NCBI GenBank assembly: GCA_050246315.1
Contig: JBFWWG010000002.1
Location: forward strand, 428,811 to 492,810
Origin: Nitrospiraceae bacterium
GTDB lineage: Bacteria > Nitrospirota > Nitrospiria > Nitrospirales > Nitrospiraceae
Length of the DNA: 64,000 bases
Direction: 5' to 3'
Shown: in pieces, positions 1 through 9,700 of the stretch
How the letters are laid out: every line of letters starts with the position of its first letter
How positions within the stretch are numbered: the stretch's first letter is position 1
Notes under the pieces: generated by a model
What the model was told of the DNA's origin: nothing
The model's database searches: none
The model's input: only the letters and a program-made list of their open reading frames with translations
Program-made: the position numbers and the translations under genes

Positions 1-710
1 TCCTTGTGCGGATGAATGTAGTTTCGATAGTCTCGGACGACTTCGCCGAGGTCCTTTGCGGACGATGAGATCCAACGCAGCTCATGCGCGACATCGATGT
101 AGTTACGCAGCGTCCACTCCTGGAGCATCAGTGGCTTTCCCGTCTTGCTATCGCGGGGCGCCGACGAAGCCCCAAATACGGCAGACTTGTCGCCAAGGCG
201 ATGGACCCGGGCAAGGAGAAGAGCTTCCAAGAGGCCGCCCATCATCACTGTCGCGGCAAGTGGCGCGCCGGCCGTGACGCATCTCGTGCACTCCTCCCAA
301 CGACGGGCGAGGACCTTTCGCATTGCCGGATCAGCCACCAAGGAATCGAAGCTTGGTGGACTGTCCGCAGTCGGCTTGGTAGCGGGTGAGGGTGCAACTA
401 CGGCTGACCGCAGCTCAGAGAGCAGAGTGCGAAGTTCCTTCAGCCAAGCATCGTATGTGCTCCTGGCCGTGGCCCGATCTGCTGCCCCGAGAATCGTCTT
501 GTACAGTTTGTCAGTGCCCTCCAGAAGGTCATCACCGACGACCTGCCGAACCTCAGACCTATGATTGTTGAACCACGTAAGGCAGGTCGCCCGAATCACG
601 TCCTTGTCATCCGCTGATTGAACTTGTCTGGACTGTCCCCTCTTCAGAAGACGACGAAGGCGATCGATCTCGCGCATCGCATCGCCGATCGCATCATTTG
701 CGCTGGGCAT
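1..710 (-). CDS. HEPN-domain (DUF4145-like) protein, 3' end runs off the window
   Basis: Hand translation from ATG at 710 (absent from the ORF track because it is truncated): MPSANDAIG...RWEECTRCVTAGAPLAATVMMGGLLEALL...WTLRNYIDVAHEL...VRDYRNYIHPHK; RNYIHP is a HEPN-type R..H motif. Confidence 0.7.
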   Translation of the reverse strand, partial: MPSANDAIGDAMREIDRLRRLLKRGQSRQVQSADDKDVIRATCLTWFNNHRSEVRQVVGDDLLEGTDKLYKTILGAADRATARSTYDAWLKELRTLLSELRSAVVAPSPATKPTADSPPSFDSLVADPAMRKVLARRWEECTRCVTAGAPLAATVMMGGLLEALLLARVHRLGDKSAVFGASSAPRDSKTGKPLMLQEWTLRNYIDVAHELRWISSSAKDLGEVVRDYRNYIHPHK

Positions 711-717
711 CGGGCGC

Positions 718-1305
718 TCATTTCCTGCGCGTACGCTTCGCAGCGCGCGTGTCGCGACTCCCGCCCTTCCTCCGCGGGCGCGCTGTACGTCTGGGCACAT
801 CTGCGGCCGTGGCGTTTCCCGGCAAGCTCACAGCGACGAGGTTCTCGCCAACCGTGCTGATGACGTACTCCCCGCGATTGGTGCCTTTATCCAGCAACCC
901 ATTGGTATGTGCGTTTATCAGGGTCTGCGCGGGCCTCGGCAACCGGTTCCGCCCTGTAAGACGACACGCCTCCTGGAGATCCTCGGCGGTGATGAACTCC
1001 TTCCTTGTGGCGGGGGATGCGACGAAGCGATAGTAATGAGCCACCGTTGCAGCGAACTGATTGTCGCTGGTCGGGTTCTTCTCGGCTACGAAGGTTCTGA
1101 TGTCCTTCGCCCCACCCGTGCCCTCTCCTCCGGTGGGGGAGCCCGCTTGCGGCCCTCGTATCCCCGCTGGAGCCGGACCTTGCACCGACAGCCCAAGCTT
1201 CTCGCAAGCCCACCGGATGATTCGTTCCTGCTCTCCCGCATCGAAAGGAGATAGAACTTCAACGAGTTTCCGCACGGCTTCAAGGTCATCCGGCTTTTCC
1301 GTCAC
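718..1305 (-). CDS. Hypothetical protein, probable C-terminal winged helix
   Basis: 195 aa, GGAGGA RBS before GTG; C-terminal LINAHTNGLLDKGTNRGEYVISTVGENLV resembles a helix plus wing; 7 nt from the HEPN gene. Confidence 0.6.
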   Translation of the reverse strand: MTEKPDDLEAVRKLVEVLSPFDAGEQERIIRWACEKLGLSVQGPAPAGIRGPQAGSPTGGEGTGGAKDIRTFVAEKNPTSDNQFAATVAHYYRFVASPATRKEFITAEDLQEACRLTGRNRLPRPAQTLINAHTNGLLDKGTNRGEYVISTVGENLVAVSLPGNATAADVPRRTARPRRKGGSRDTRAAKRTRRK

Positions 1306-1460
1306 GGCGTCCTCCTCCTGACGTGATGAATGCGCCTAACTAATAAGTCTGCTGCGGCCTACCCGTGCAGCATAGCGCGGCAGCCTAAGCACTGCACTTG
1401 AAGGCAAGTCTACTTGTAAATCCAATACTTATTCAATATTTCGTCGTGCTTCGCGTACTG

Positions 1461-1512
1461 GGATATACTGCGACTTCCGCAGTCTATCCGGCTATCGGCC
1501 CGCAGTATATCC
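1461..1512. repeat. Three copies of a 12-mer (one inverted, two direct); putative protein-binding site
   Basis: GGATATACTGCG 1461-1472; CGCAGTCTATCC 1478-1489; CGCAGTATATCC 1501-1512 (exact reverse complement of the first). Confidence 0.75.
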
Positions 1513-1621
1513 ACCTCCGACCAGTCGGAGCCTGACACGGTCAGCGGGGCTCCAGTACCATGGGTGTGAAACGCGTTCAATACTCACAACAACTGGCAAC
1601 AGTCATCACATCGAGGGAACG

Positions 1622-1852
1622 CTAATCATCATCGCAGAAAACGTTTTCTCCTCTGCCATAGGTGTTACCATGCACATCGATGATATCATCGAGCATCGGG
1701 TAACCAGTTCCAGGATTAATCTCATTCCCGCTGGACTCAGGATCGGGATCCAACAGATCCAACTCATCTACTCGTTGAGATGGCCCCCATCCAAGGCCGT
1801 GCCACCAGTTCTCCAGCTGCTGCCACAAGACCGCTAATCGGGTCCCCATCAT
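1622..1852 (-). CDS. Small acidic protein downstream of traG, candidate entry-exclusion protein
   Basis: 76 aa with INPGTGYPM...DVHGNTYG motif; located directly after traG. Confidence 0.5.
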   Translation of the reverse strand: MMGTRLAVLWQQLENWWHGLGWGPSQRVDELDLLDPDPESSGNEINPGTGYPMLDDIIDVHGNTYGRGENVFCDDD

Positions 1853-1992
1853 AATGAGTGCACCTAGACCTTCTCAGGGCAAGAGTTTACTTGACTTGAC
1901 GAGGAGTCGCTATCTCCCGCTGCCGTCGGAGTGACAACCAATAGTGTTCCGATACCGCGACACACATCAAGGCCAATCTTCTGGCGAGGGGG

Positions 1993-4900
1993 TCACGGTT
2001 GCGGATTTCTACCCGAGCCTTTAGGCCCACTAATGTCGATCCCGCTTTTCTTGAGTGCATGAGTAAGATCCTGCTCGAACCTTTGGAGATCCTCCATCCT
2101 CTGCGGCGAAGCACCGGGCCCGGGCGTCCTGGCCAACCGATCACTGGGATTTCCTCCAGGAAGTGGTCCTCCTTTGAGACCCGCGGCACCGGTTCCGCCT
2201 CCGAAGGCTCCGCCCAGTCGCCGACCCGTCATGGCCAAATTACCCGCACCCGTTACAATGTCAACGGCGGTTTTGCCAGCTCCGATCGCTCTTAATGTCT
2301 GCTTCGCCCCACTGTCTTCGTTGGTGAGTTCTTTCGGATCCCAGTGCCCAAACACAGGATACTCGGCACCGATGTTCACCCGTCGGTGGAGTTCCTGCCT
2401 GTACACATCCCATTCGATCACCTGTATGCCGCTATCCCCCTTCTCATAGAGCAGCTTTCCATCAGGCCCAATAACCTGGGTTGAGGCCAAGCCGCTCGTT
2501 TCGACCTCGTTCGTGGAAAGCGAACGGAAATTCGTCACCCCCGGACCACCATATGTGGGCTGAGCGGTCTCGGCCACGCCCCATTGTGCTTTTCCATCGA
2601 CCACCCTGTAGTTCCACGTCTTCCCATACTGGCCGCTCTGGAATTCGGCGTAAACCACGCTGCCTTGCTCATCCATGAAGCCACGCATCTGCACGGGATG
2701 GTGCTGCCCTTGATGGACTGGATCGGGGATCCACTTGGTCCCGCTGAACATGCGCGTGTTATGCAGTTCGGAGAGTGTCCCACCTTGCGTCCGATGGAAT
2801 TGCTCGAACCGCTCAACGAAACGTCCGCCTGTTTCATGGGTGTAGTCATGGAACAGGTCAGTCTTCCTCCCTCCCGTTCCAATGTCTGACAGGATTTCTC
2901 TCGTCCCATCCCCTGATTGCGGCCCGAGCGTCAAGGTCCGAGCAGTCCCATCCGCACCGATCTGTTCTGTGGAGAGCGTCGTGTAGGTCGCGACGGAGGC
3001 ATGCGAATCGGGATCTTGATGCATGTCGATAAAGCCGGTCTCATATTCTTTCGTCAGCGGATTCTGCTTCATCACGAACGCCTGGCTCCGCAGATCGTTG
3101 ACCACGCTTCCCTCAAGGAGACTCCCCTCCTTATCGAATAGCCCGAAGAAATGCCCCTTGTGGGTCTGCCCGGTCGTCCCGTCCTTCCACTCGATCGGCT
3201 TATCCTTGAGGTATTGCTCCTTTTCCTGCCATCCCATGACGCTTGACACATAATCCCAGAGTTCCGTCTTTCTGCCCCCCTCAGCATGGCTGAAGATTGC
3301 TTCTCCCGTCTGGTTGCTCTTCACGCCCCGGACGGCAACCTCCTGCCCGCCATACTGGTCAAGCGTCAGGAATTCCACCCCTTCCCTGCTCTGCCCGGCA
3401 GCGATGTGAAAATCTCCCTGGTGGTCGTAATTGCCGGTCAAGGATTTCGTCACCCCTCCGGGAATCGAGTAGGACAGACTCACCGAGGTGGGCTCGCGCC
3501 GCTCTTGCCCGTCCGGAAGCTGGATCACGTTCCCTTCCTCGTGTGTCGCCACTTGCCTGGTCACCGCCTCATTTTCAGGAAGAAGGCCGATGACCCTCTG
3601 GAGCCTCACGCCATCCCCCGTGTAGCTCTTGCCGCCGTTGTCGCCGGTCTTATAGACATACTCCATCCCCGCATCGACGAAGCGATCCTTGTTGCTCCGC
3701 TCCGTGCCACCCGCCGTCGCCTGGAGAACCCTCGTTCCCTCTGCATCGACATGGATCTCCCCTGAATAGGCAGCCTTGCGGTCGCCCTTCGTGCTTTCGA
3801 TTTCATAGGTGAGGGGATTGTGCTGGAACTTCCCATCCGGTCGCAGGTTGACGCGGCCGAATTCCCTTGCCCTGCCTTGAATCGTCTCCATCTCCCCGTC
3901 CAGCTTCCGAACGCCAATGCTCTCCGCCGCATCACGAGTATAAAAGGTGTCGCCTTCCACGCTGTGGTAGTAGCGGAGATTGGCATCACCTCTCAGCACC
4001 TCCCCGACCACGCCCTCTTTATAGCCGCCCTGCGAGACGGCGAAGACCGAGATCCCGTTGATCTTCTGTCCGGTGAGTCGTCCCTTGTATTCGCGGGTCG
4101 GGCCGTCGCCGGAGGTCACCAGCTGCCCTTCGCCCCAGAAGTCCTCGTGGCCGAGGCGCAGACCTGACCGTGAGAGGGTGCCGGTGACCGGTTCCTGCCG
4201 GCCATCGGGATGGACCGCCCAGGCCATGACCGGACCCGTTTCGCTGACCTGTTGCGGCCCCCATTGCGTGCTCGTCTCGACCCGGCTCACGCCATCCTTG
4301 ATCGAGGCATCCACGCGGCGGACGGTTTTTCCCGTTTCCTGGTTATACTCTTCCCGGACCGAGTGGAAGACGCCATCCTGCTCGTAGCTGAAACTCTTGT
4401 CGATCGTGGCCCCGCGGACTTCGAACTGTTTCTGCACCATCCGGCCGGCCGCATGATCGAACTCTTCGCGACGGAAGGCCCCACTGTCATACCAACCTCC
4501 GGTGGGCGATTTCTCGTTCGCTCGCCGCGAGAACCCTCCCGTCGGCCCTTGGTACGTGACCATGCCGTTCGCCCCGATGCGGGTCGTCCCGCCATCAGCG
4601 TGATGCAGGGTGGACACCCCAGTTTGCGCATCGACGCGAAGGCCGCCGATGCCGACCGGTACCGTATAGCTCTCTTGCGATCCCGGACGAGCTGCGGTCC
4701 CCATCCGAACCGGCTCCATCACATAGGACGACGCTTCCGACATGACCTGCCCCTGACCACGAGCGAACTGCCCTGCTTCCTGGCTGGCGGTAGACAGGGG
4801 AGCGGAGAGACTCCCGGTGAGCGAAGATGCGAGATTCCCTCCCGCCCACACCAGGCCCCAGGACACAGCCGGCACCGCCAGCGTCAGATCTGCCGCCATG

Positions 4901-6165
4901 GAATTGATGCCGACGATGTACTCTCTGATCGGGTCGAACGAATTGAACGTGATGGCGTCGGCGAACCCCGAATTGATGACGAGGTCCTTGACCTTGGCGT
5001 TGGCTTCGAAATACATGACGAAGTTCACCACTGCGTAAAGCGGTCCCCATAGAGCAAGCCACGCGAAGCTCCGGCCGTAGAGTCCGAGGACCCGAGTCAT
5101 GGAGCCCGACAGGGCCATCACGGCGATGAACGGGGTGACCAGATATACCAGGCCTTCCGCGACCGTTCGGAGCACGGGAAGGAACTTCGCGGCGATGTAG
5201 GACTTGGTATAGGCCTGATACTTCAAATCCTGTGTCGTGGCCTCCTGAGCCAGCTTCACTGCCGACGGCACATCGTTCATCGTCTTGGCCCGCTGGGCCC
5301 ATGCCTCCTTCCAGGCCTTCCCGATCACGATATTCCGCAGGACCTGGTCCGAGGTCTGTCCCGGCACGCCGAGCAGGGTCGTCCGGAGCTGATCGATAAG
5401 CGGCAATTCGTCTCCGGGAACAGTGGGGTCCGCACCGAGCGCCGAGCGCAGCTTCTGGGTGGCTTCCAGGTATTCGGGCGCCGGTGTCGTAAAGCCCGGC
5501 GTGATGATGTTCGCATAGAAGTCCGTGCAGAGCTGCGCGGCGGGCTGGATATTGCCATTCTGATACCACGGTGAGCTCAAGGCGGGATTGGTCGCCGCGA
5601 TCGCGCCGAGGGCATCGGTCGACTTCTCCACGGCGGTGCGGTTCAGTTGGTTGTAGTCGATCTCCTTCAACGTGCAGTTCATGAGGTACTGGACGAGGTT
5701 CTTCCACAGATCGCTGTCGGGGAGCGTGAAGTCGAGCATCTTCTGCGTCTCGAACAACGGCCGGTTGATCACCGATCCTGTGGAACGATAGCCGGTCGGC
5801 AACAAGAGCGCCGTCTCGGTGAGGGCAGTGAGGTGATACCCCACCTGACCGGAGACGTAGGCCGGAAACGCGATCAGCACCGGTACGCCGGTCACGATCG
5901 TGTCGGGCACCGCAGGATTGACCTGATCTTCGATCGCGACGTCGGCCGTCACGAATACCGAGGCGTACAAGAGCCCGACCGCGCCGATCAGCATGGGACC
6001 GAGAAAGCGACGGTTGAAGGTCACATGGAGCAGGGCGAAGACCGCCAGCCCGAGCAGACCGAACCTGAAGAGGCTCTCATAGGCCCCCGTGGTCATCATC
6101 AGCTTGAGGCCCGTGATCACCGCCGCGATGACATCCCCGTTCCCGAACGTAAAGATCTGCCACAT
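1993..6165 (-). CDS. traG: F-type conjugal transfer protein TraG with long beta-rich C-terminal extension
   Basis: N-terminus MWQIFTFGNGD followed by TM segments, WLALWGPLYAVVN motif; lies after traH; 1390 aa. Confidence 0.9.
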   Translation of the reverse strand: MWQIFTFGNGDVIAAVITGLKLMMTTGAYESLFRFGLLGLAVFALLHVTFNRRFLGPMLIGAVGLLYASVFVTADVAIEDQVNPAVPDTIVTGVPVLIAFPAYVSGQVGYHLTALTETALLLPTGYRSTGSVINRPLFETQKMLDFTLPDSDLWKNLVQYLMNCTLKEIDYNQLNRTAVEKSTDALGAIAATNPALSSPWYQNGNIQPAAQLCTDFYANIITPGFTTPAPEYLEATQKLRSALGADPTVPGDELPLIDQLRTTLLGVPGQTSDQVLRNIVIGKAWKEAWAQRAKTMNDVPSAVKLAQEATTQDLKYQAYTKSYIAAKFLPVLRTVAEGLVYLVTPFIAVMALSGSMTRVLGLYGRSFAWLALWGPLYAVVNFVMYFEANAKVKDLVINSGFADAITFNSFDPIREYIVGINSMAADLTLAVPAVSWGLVWAGGNLASSLTGSLSAPLSTASQEAGQFARGQGQVMSEASSYVMEPVRMGTAARPGSQESYTVPVGIGGLRVDAQTGVSTLHHADGGTTRIGANGMVTYQGPTGGFSRRANEKSPTGGWYDSGAFRREEFDHAAGRMVQKQFEVRGATIDKSFSYEQDGVFHSVREEYNQETGKTVRRVDASIKDGVSRVETSTQWGPQQVSETGPVMAWAVHPDGRQEPVTGTLSRSGLRLGHEDFWGEGQLVTSGDGPTREYKGRLTGQKINGISVFAVSQGGYKEGVVGEVLRGDANLRYYHSVEGDTFYTRDAAESIGVRKLDGEMETIQGRAREFGRVNLRPDGKFQHNPLTYEIESTKGDRKAAYSGEIHVDAEGTRVLQATAGGTERSNKDRFVDAGMEYVYKTGDNGGKSYTGDGVRLQRVIGLLPENEAVTRQVATHEEGNVIQLPDGQERREPTSVSLSYSIPGGVTKSLTGNYDHQGDFHIAAGQSREGVEFLTLDQYGGQEVAVRGVKSNQTGEAIFSHAEGGRKTELWDYVSSVMGWQEKEQYLKDKPIEWKDGTTGQTHKGHFFGLFDKEGSLLEGSVVNDLRSQAFVMKQNPLTKEYETGFIDMHQDPDSHASVATYTTLSTEQIGADGTARTLTLGPQSGDGTREILSDIGTGGRKTDLFHDYTHETGGRFVERFEQFHRTQGGTLSELHNTRMFSGTKWIPDPVHQGQHHPVQMRGFMDEQGSVVYAEFQSGQYGKTWNYRVVDGKAQWGVAETAQPTYGGPGVTNFRSLSTNEVETSGLASTQVIGPDGKLLYEKGDSGIQVIEWDVYRQELHRRVNIGAEYPVFGHWDPKELTNEDSGAKQTLRAIGAGKTAVDIVTGAGNLAMTGRRLGGAFGGGTGAAGLKGGPLPGGNPSDRLARTPGPGASPQRMEDLQRFEQDLTHALKKSGIDISGPKGSGRNPQP

Positions 6166-6199
6166 TGGCTGTCCGCTCCGGCCTCAGCTCACCGGCACC

Positions 6200-7537
6200 C
6201 TACCGGGCCGTGCGATACTGTCCCTGCTCGATGGCCATCTTCGTGACGTTGTAGATATTCTGCAGGTGGGCCGAACGCTTGGCTGCCTCGGCGTAGGCTT
6301 CGGCGAGCACCTCGTGCGCCTCTTTCCGAAATTCGGCCGTATCCACGGCGAAGCTGGGCTTGAGTTGTTTGATCTTGGCCCCCTGCTGGATCGCGTTGTT
6401 CACCGCCCACTCCATCCATTGGATCGCCATTTCGATGGCCACCACGTCGCTTGTCATCCGGACCAACTGCGTCGCCACTTCATTCGGATGCCCGTAATCC
6501 GTCAGGATCTTCAGCACCGGGATCGGACTCATGTTCACGAGCGTCACATCCGCCGCGCTCATCGCGGTCTTACTGTAGATATTGGTCACGATGTTCTGGA
6601 GCGCCGTCGCTGTGCGGCTCTTGAATCCTTCCATGGCGGTTTCATTCTGAGCTTGGATCTGGAGACATTGGGTGGGATCATCGGTGCAGGCATAGACCCG
6701 GACGGTCTCCGTCGGGACCACGTCGATCAGGTCCGAGAACTTGATCGTGGGCGGATGATACTCGGACTGGCCCTGGTCATTCACAATGATCGTGCCGGTC
6801 GTCGACATAATGATGCGAGCAGTCTGATCTTCCACCCCCGCCTGTTTCAGGACGTTCCACACGAGATTCCCCGTGATGTCGTATTCCGTGCCCTTCAGCG
6901 CCGCTGCCGCATCGGCCGAGGTATTGTCCTGGGCGCTGTCCCGATCTTCCCACGGATCGCCGGTGATGCCGGTCTGGGTCTTGAACTGCTGCCATTTCCT
7001 GTACGCAAACTGGTTGAGCTTGTCCGGATCCTTCATGCTCTGGGCGAGCGCTTCCCCCACTTCCTGTCCGGCCTGGCACGGTTGAATCCGACCGAGCGCA
7101 TTCAACGTCCTCGACGCGGTCTCGATCATGTTGAGGACGTTCGAGCAGGTCTCGCAGAGCTCCTTCATCGCCAACTGGAAGGCATAGCCAAGCACCACGG
7201 ACCCGCCGAACTGCTGGAGCATATCGACGTACCGGCTCAGCTTGGCGTAGGAGAAGCTGCCCAGGTAGGTGTCGATGCCGGCGCAGCCACGCCGGAACCG
7301 TGGCGGGCTGAAATTCCAGAGCGAGAAGTTGTCGTTGTTCAGCCGGATCGAGTAGGCGCCCGCTGCGAGATACCCGCGGCTCTGGCTCTCATAGGCCCCT
7401 GGCGTCGCCGTGCTGACGACGCCCCAGCTATCGAACATGGTCTGGAGGGAATCGTTGAGGCTCTGCGCCGAGGCCACGGATGGCATCCAGACCATCGCGC
7501 CGGCAATGAACAGGGTCCGCAGTGTCCGCGCAGTCAT
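6200..7537 (-). CDS. traH: Conjugal transfer pilus assembly protein TraH
   Basis: Signal peptide; TPGAYESQSRGYLAAG and GCAGIDTYLGSFS motifs; YAFQLAM..LCETC. Confidence 0.92.
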   Translation of the reverse strand: MTARTLRTLFIAGAMVWMPSVASAQSLNDSLQTMFDSWGVVSTATPGAYESQSRGYLAAGAYSIRLNNDNFSLWNFSPPRFRRGCAGIDTYLGSFSYAKLSRYVDMLQQFGGSVVLGYAFQLAMKELCETCSNVLNMIETASRTLNALGRIQPCQAGQEVGEALAQSMKDPDKLNQFAYRKWQQFKTQTGITGDPWEDRDSAQDNTSADAAAALKGTEYDITGNLVWNVLKQAGVEDQTARIIMSTTGTIIVNDQGQSEYHPPTIKFSDLIDVVPTETVRVYACTDDPTQCLQIQAQNETAMEGFKSRTATALQNIVTNIYSKTAMSAADVTLVNMSPIPVLKILTDYGHPNEVATQLVRMTSDVVAIEMAIQWMEWAVNNAIQQGAKIKQLKPSFAVDTAEFRKEAHEVLAEAYAEAAKRSAHLQNIYNVTKMAIEQGQYRTAR

Positions 7538-7555
7538 AGCGACCTCTTCAGGGTG

Positions 7556-8461
7556 TTACGAATCGCCCGCTTTTGTCATCAAGTGCGGGCGCTGCTTCAG
7601 GATCGTGAGCACGCGCTCGCGAAGCTCGTTGAACGTCATGACGCCGGAGCCGATCGCGACCAGGAAGTTCTCCTGGGGAATCGCGAGATAGATCGTCGGG
7701 ACTTTCTGCAGCGAGACGCGTTCGGCCATGCCGTTGTCCGCCGCAGCCTTCGGGAATTCCTTCAGCCCCTGCCCGTCCAGGGTGACGGGAAAGACCTCGA
7801 TCTCGTAAGTATCGGAGAACAGCTTCAGAATCTTCGACTGTTCCTGGCAAAAGCGACAGGTGGACGTGAAGAAGAAGAACAGGCCGACATGGTTTGCCCT
7901 TGCGGATGAGAGGAGCCGCTCGTCCACCTCCTGCGTCGCCTGGGCTTCCACGTCGTGGCCGAACTGCGAGGTCGGATGCTCGGTCGCAAAATCAAGCTGC
8001 GGGTTCGTAAACATCGCCAACTGCCACATGGTCGTGAAGTCCTCGGAGCGTTTGAACACGGCCCGTTGCGCGATGATGTAGGTCTTCACGGTCTCTGGGG
8101 TGGGGGCATCCAGAGCGGCCTCGCGCTTGGCTGAAGCCAGCTCTCTCAGCATCCCAGCCGGCAGCTTGCCCAAATCTTCCTGTTCGATGGGGACTTGTTT
8201 GAGGAGGTTCCGATACTTCGCTGGGTCCAGCCAGGCTTCGAGCGGAAGAGTGGCGAGCGTCACCGCTGAGCGAACCGCCTCCTCTTCTTCCTCGACCGGA
8301 TCCTGATACCAGAACCAGCCCTCCCTGGCTCGCTCATAAAACTGGTTCGCCAACCGGGACGAGGACGGATGCTGGTCAGGGAGAGAGCCAGCCCACGCAA
8401 CGACCGGCGCGAGTGCCGCGCAGATTAGCACGATGAATCCTCGCAGGATTGGTTTCCTCAC
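7556..8461 (-). CDS. traF: Conjugal transfer protein TraF (thioredoxin-like fold)
   Basis: GWFWYQDP, A..APT.E.V..Y, GLFFFFTSTCRFC; GTG at 8461 chosen because it starts the signal peptide (ORF open to 8533). Confidence 0.88.
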   Translation of the reverse strand: MRKPILRGFIVLICAALAPVVAWAGSLPDQHPSSSRLANQFYERAREGWFWYQDPVEEEEEAVRSAVTLATLPLEAWLDPAKYRNLLKQVPIEQEDLGKLPAGMLRELASAKREAALDAPTPETVKTYIIAQRAVFKRSEDFTTMWQLAMFTNPQLDFATEHPTSQFGHDVEAQATQEVDERLLSSARANHVGLFFFFTSTCRFCQEQSKILKLFSDTYEIEVFPVTLDGQGLKEFPKAAADNGMAERVSLQKVPTIYLAIPQENFLVAIGSGVMTFNELRERVLTILKQRPHLMTKAGDS

Positions 8462-8563
8462 ACTCCTACTCCACCTGAAACCAGGCTCCATTCTGAGTAA
8501 CCCTCGCACAGTCGCCCATCGCGGGAGAGCCATGAACTAAAACGACACGTCCAGCAGGGCTCG

Positions 8564-9700
8564 CTACAGCAAACAGCAGCGCTGCAGTTTCCACAGGAGA
8601 AAAACGAAGTCTTCTCCAATCACCGGCACCATCTTGCCCATCCCCCACATCAGCACCGTTCGACCGATCGGCTGGCAACAGGGAGCCGGAACATTGGGTA
8701 TCGGATAGAGCAGCTGGTACTTGTACTGGCTCTTCACGATCAGGCCAGTCGGGAAGTCCGTGCAGATCAACGGCCCGTCACCCGCCGTATAGAACTCGGT
8801 ACCGAAGCGGGCCAGCCGAGCCAGCAGGCGCGACATGGCCAGCGCCGCCGGTTTGAGCTGCCCGCTCGACTCCGACACATTGCCCGTCGTCGGGTACAGC
8901 AATCCGAAACTTCCCGCGCACCAGAACAAGGGATCGATGGGAAAACCAGCTGATGCGGCCAGGGAATCGGCGGCACAGGCCGCAACGGTGAGCGGATTCC
9001 CCAACAAGAGGGCTTCCGGGAACAGAATGAGCGCCAGCAGATCATCATTCCAGGAGGGGTCGATCTCGGACAGGTACGCCAGGTCGATCTCGTCGCCCAC
9101 GGCGGTGGGATTGACACAGGCCCAGTCCACCGCGATCCCCACGATGGCCCACAGGGGAAAGATGTAGAAGTGCGTGTGGTAGAAGGTGAAGTCAAGGTCG
9201 GAGGAATCCATATTGGTGTTGGCCGAGCCCCGTCCCTCGAACACGAACTCGGGCCCCAGCGTAATCCCGTTGAGAGCAGGAAAGCACAGGGGCGTGCGGA
9301 CGATCTCGACCAGCCGGACCGGTTCCCAGAGCCCCAATGGAATTCCCGGGACGCAGAGGTACGGCGTGAGACAGAGGCAGCCGCAGAGCTGAGGCGGATA
9401 GACGGCGGAGATCCCCGGCCCGACGGCGGGACGAGTCGAGTCCTCCCCGACCTCCGTGAGCGTGAACCCGAAAAGACTGATGGGAAACATACATTCCCAA
9501 CAGGTCTTCACCAGGGTATCGGCGAGGATATTCGTGTTCTTCGGACAGACGGCTTCTGCGGTGTCCGGTACCGTTGCTCCCACGAGAACCGCAAACAGAA
9601 GGAGCAGCGCCGCGAGGGTTGCTGGCCTGGAGCGCCGCTGAACCGATGCCCGCTCCTGCCGATCAGCCGGCCAGAAGCGTTCTGGCAGTTCCTGTCTCAT
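8564..9700 (-). CDS. traU: Conjugal transfer protein TraU
   Basis: CWECMFPISL, GLWEPVRLVEIVRTPLCFP, YLSEIDPSWNDD, C-terminal RCC. Confidence 0.93.
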   Translation of the reverse strand: MRQELPERFWPADRQERASVQRRSRPATLAALLLLFAVLVGATVPDTAEAVCPKNTNILADTLVKTCWECMFPISLFGFTLTEVGEDSTRPAVGPGISAVYPPQLCGCLCLTPYLCVPGIPLGLWEPVRLVEIVRTPLCFPALNGITLGPEFVFEGRGSANTNMDSSDLDFTFYHTHFYIFPLWAIVGIAVDWACVNPTAVGDEIDLAYLSEIDPSWNDDLLALILFPEALLLGNPLTVAACAADSLAASAGFPIDPLFWCAGSFGLLYPTTGNVSESSGQLKPAALAMSRLLARLARFGTEFYTAGDGPLICTDFPTGLIVKSQYKYQLLYPIPNVPAPCCQPIGRTVLMWGMGKMVPVIGEDFVFLLWKLQRCCLL

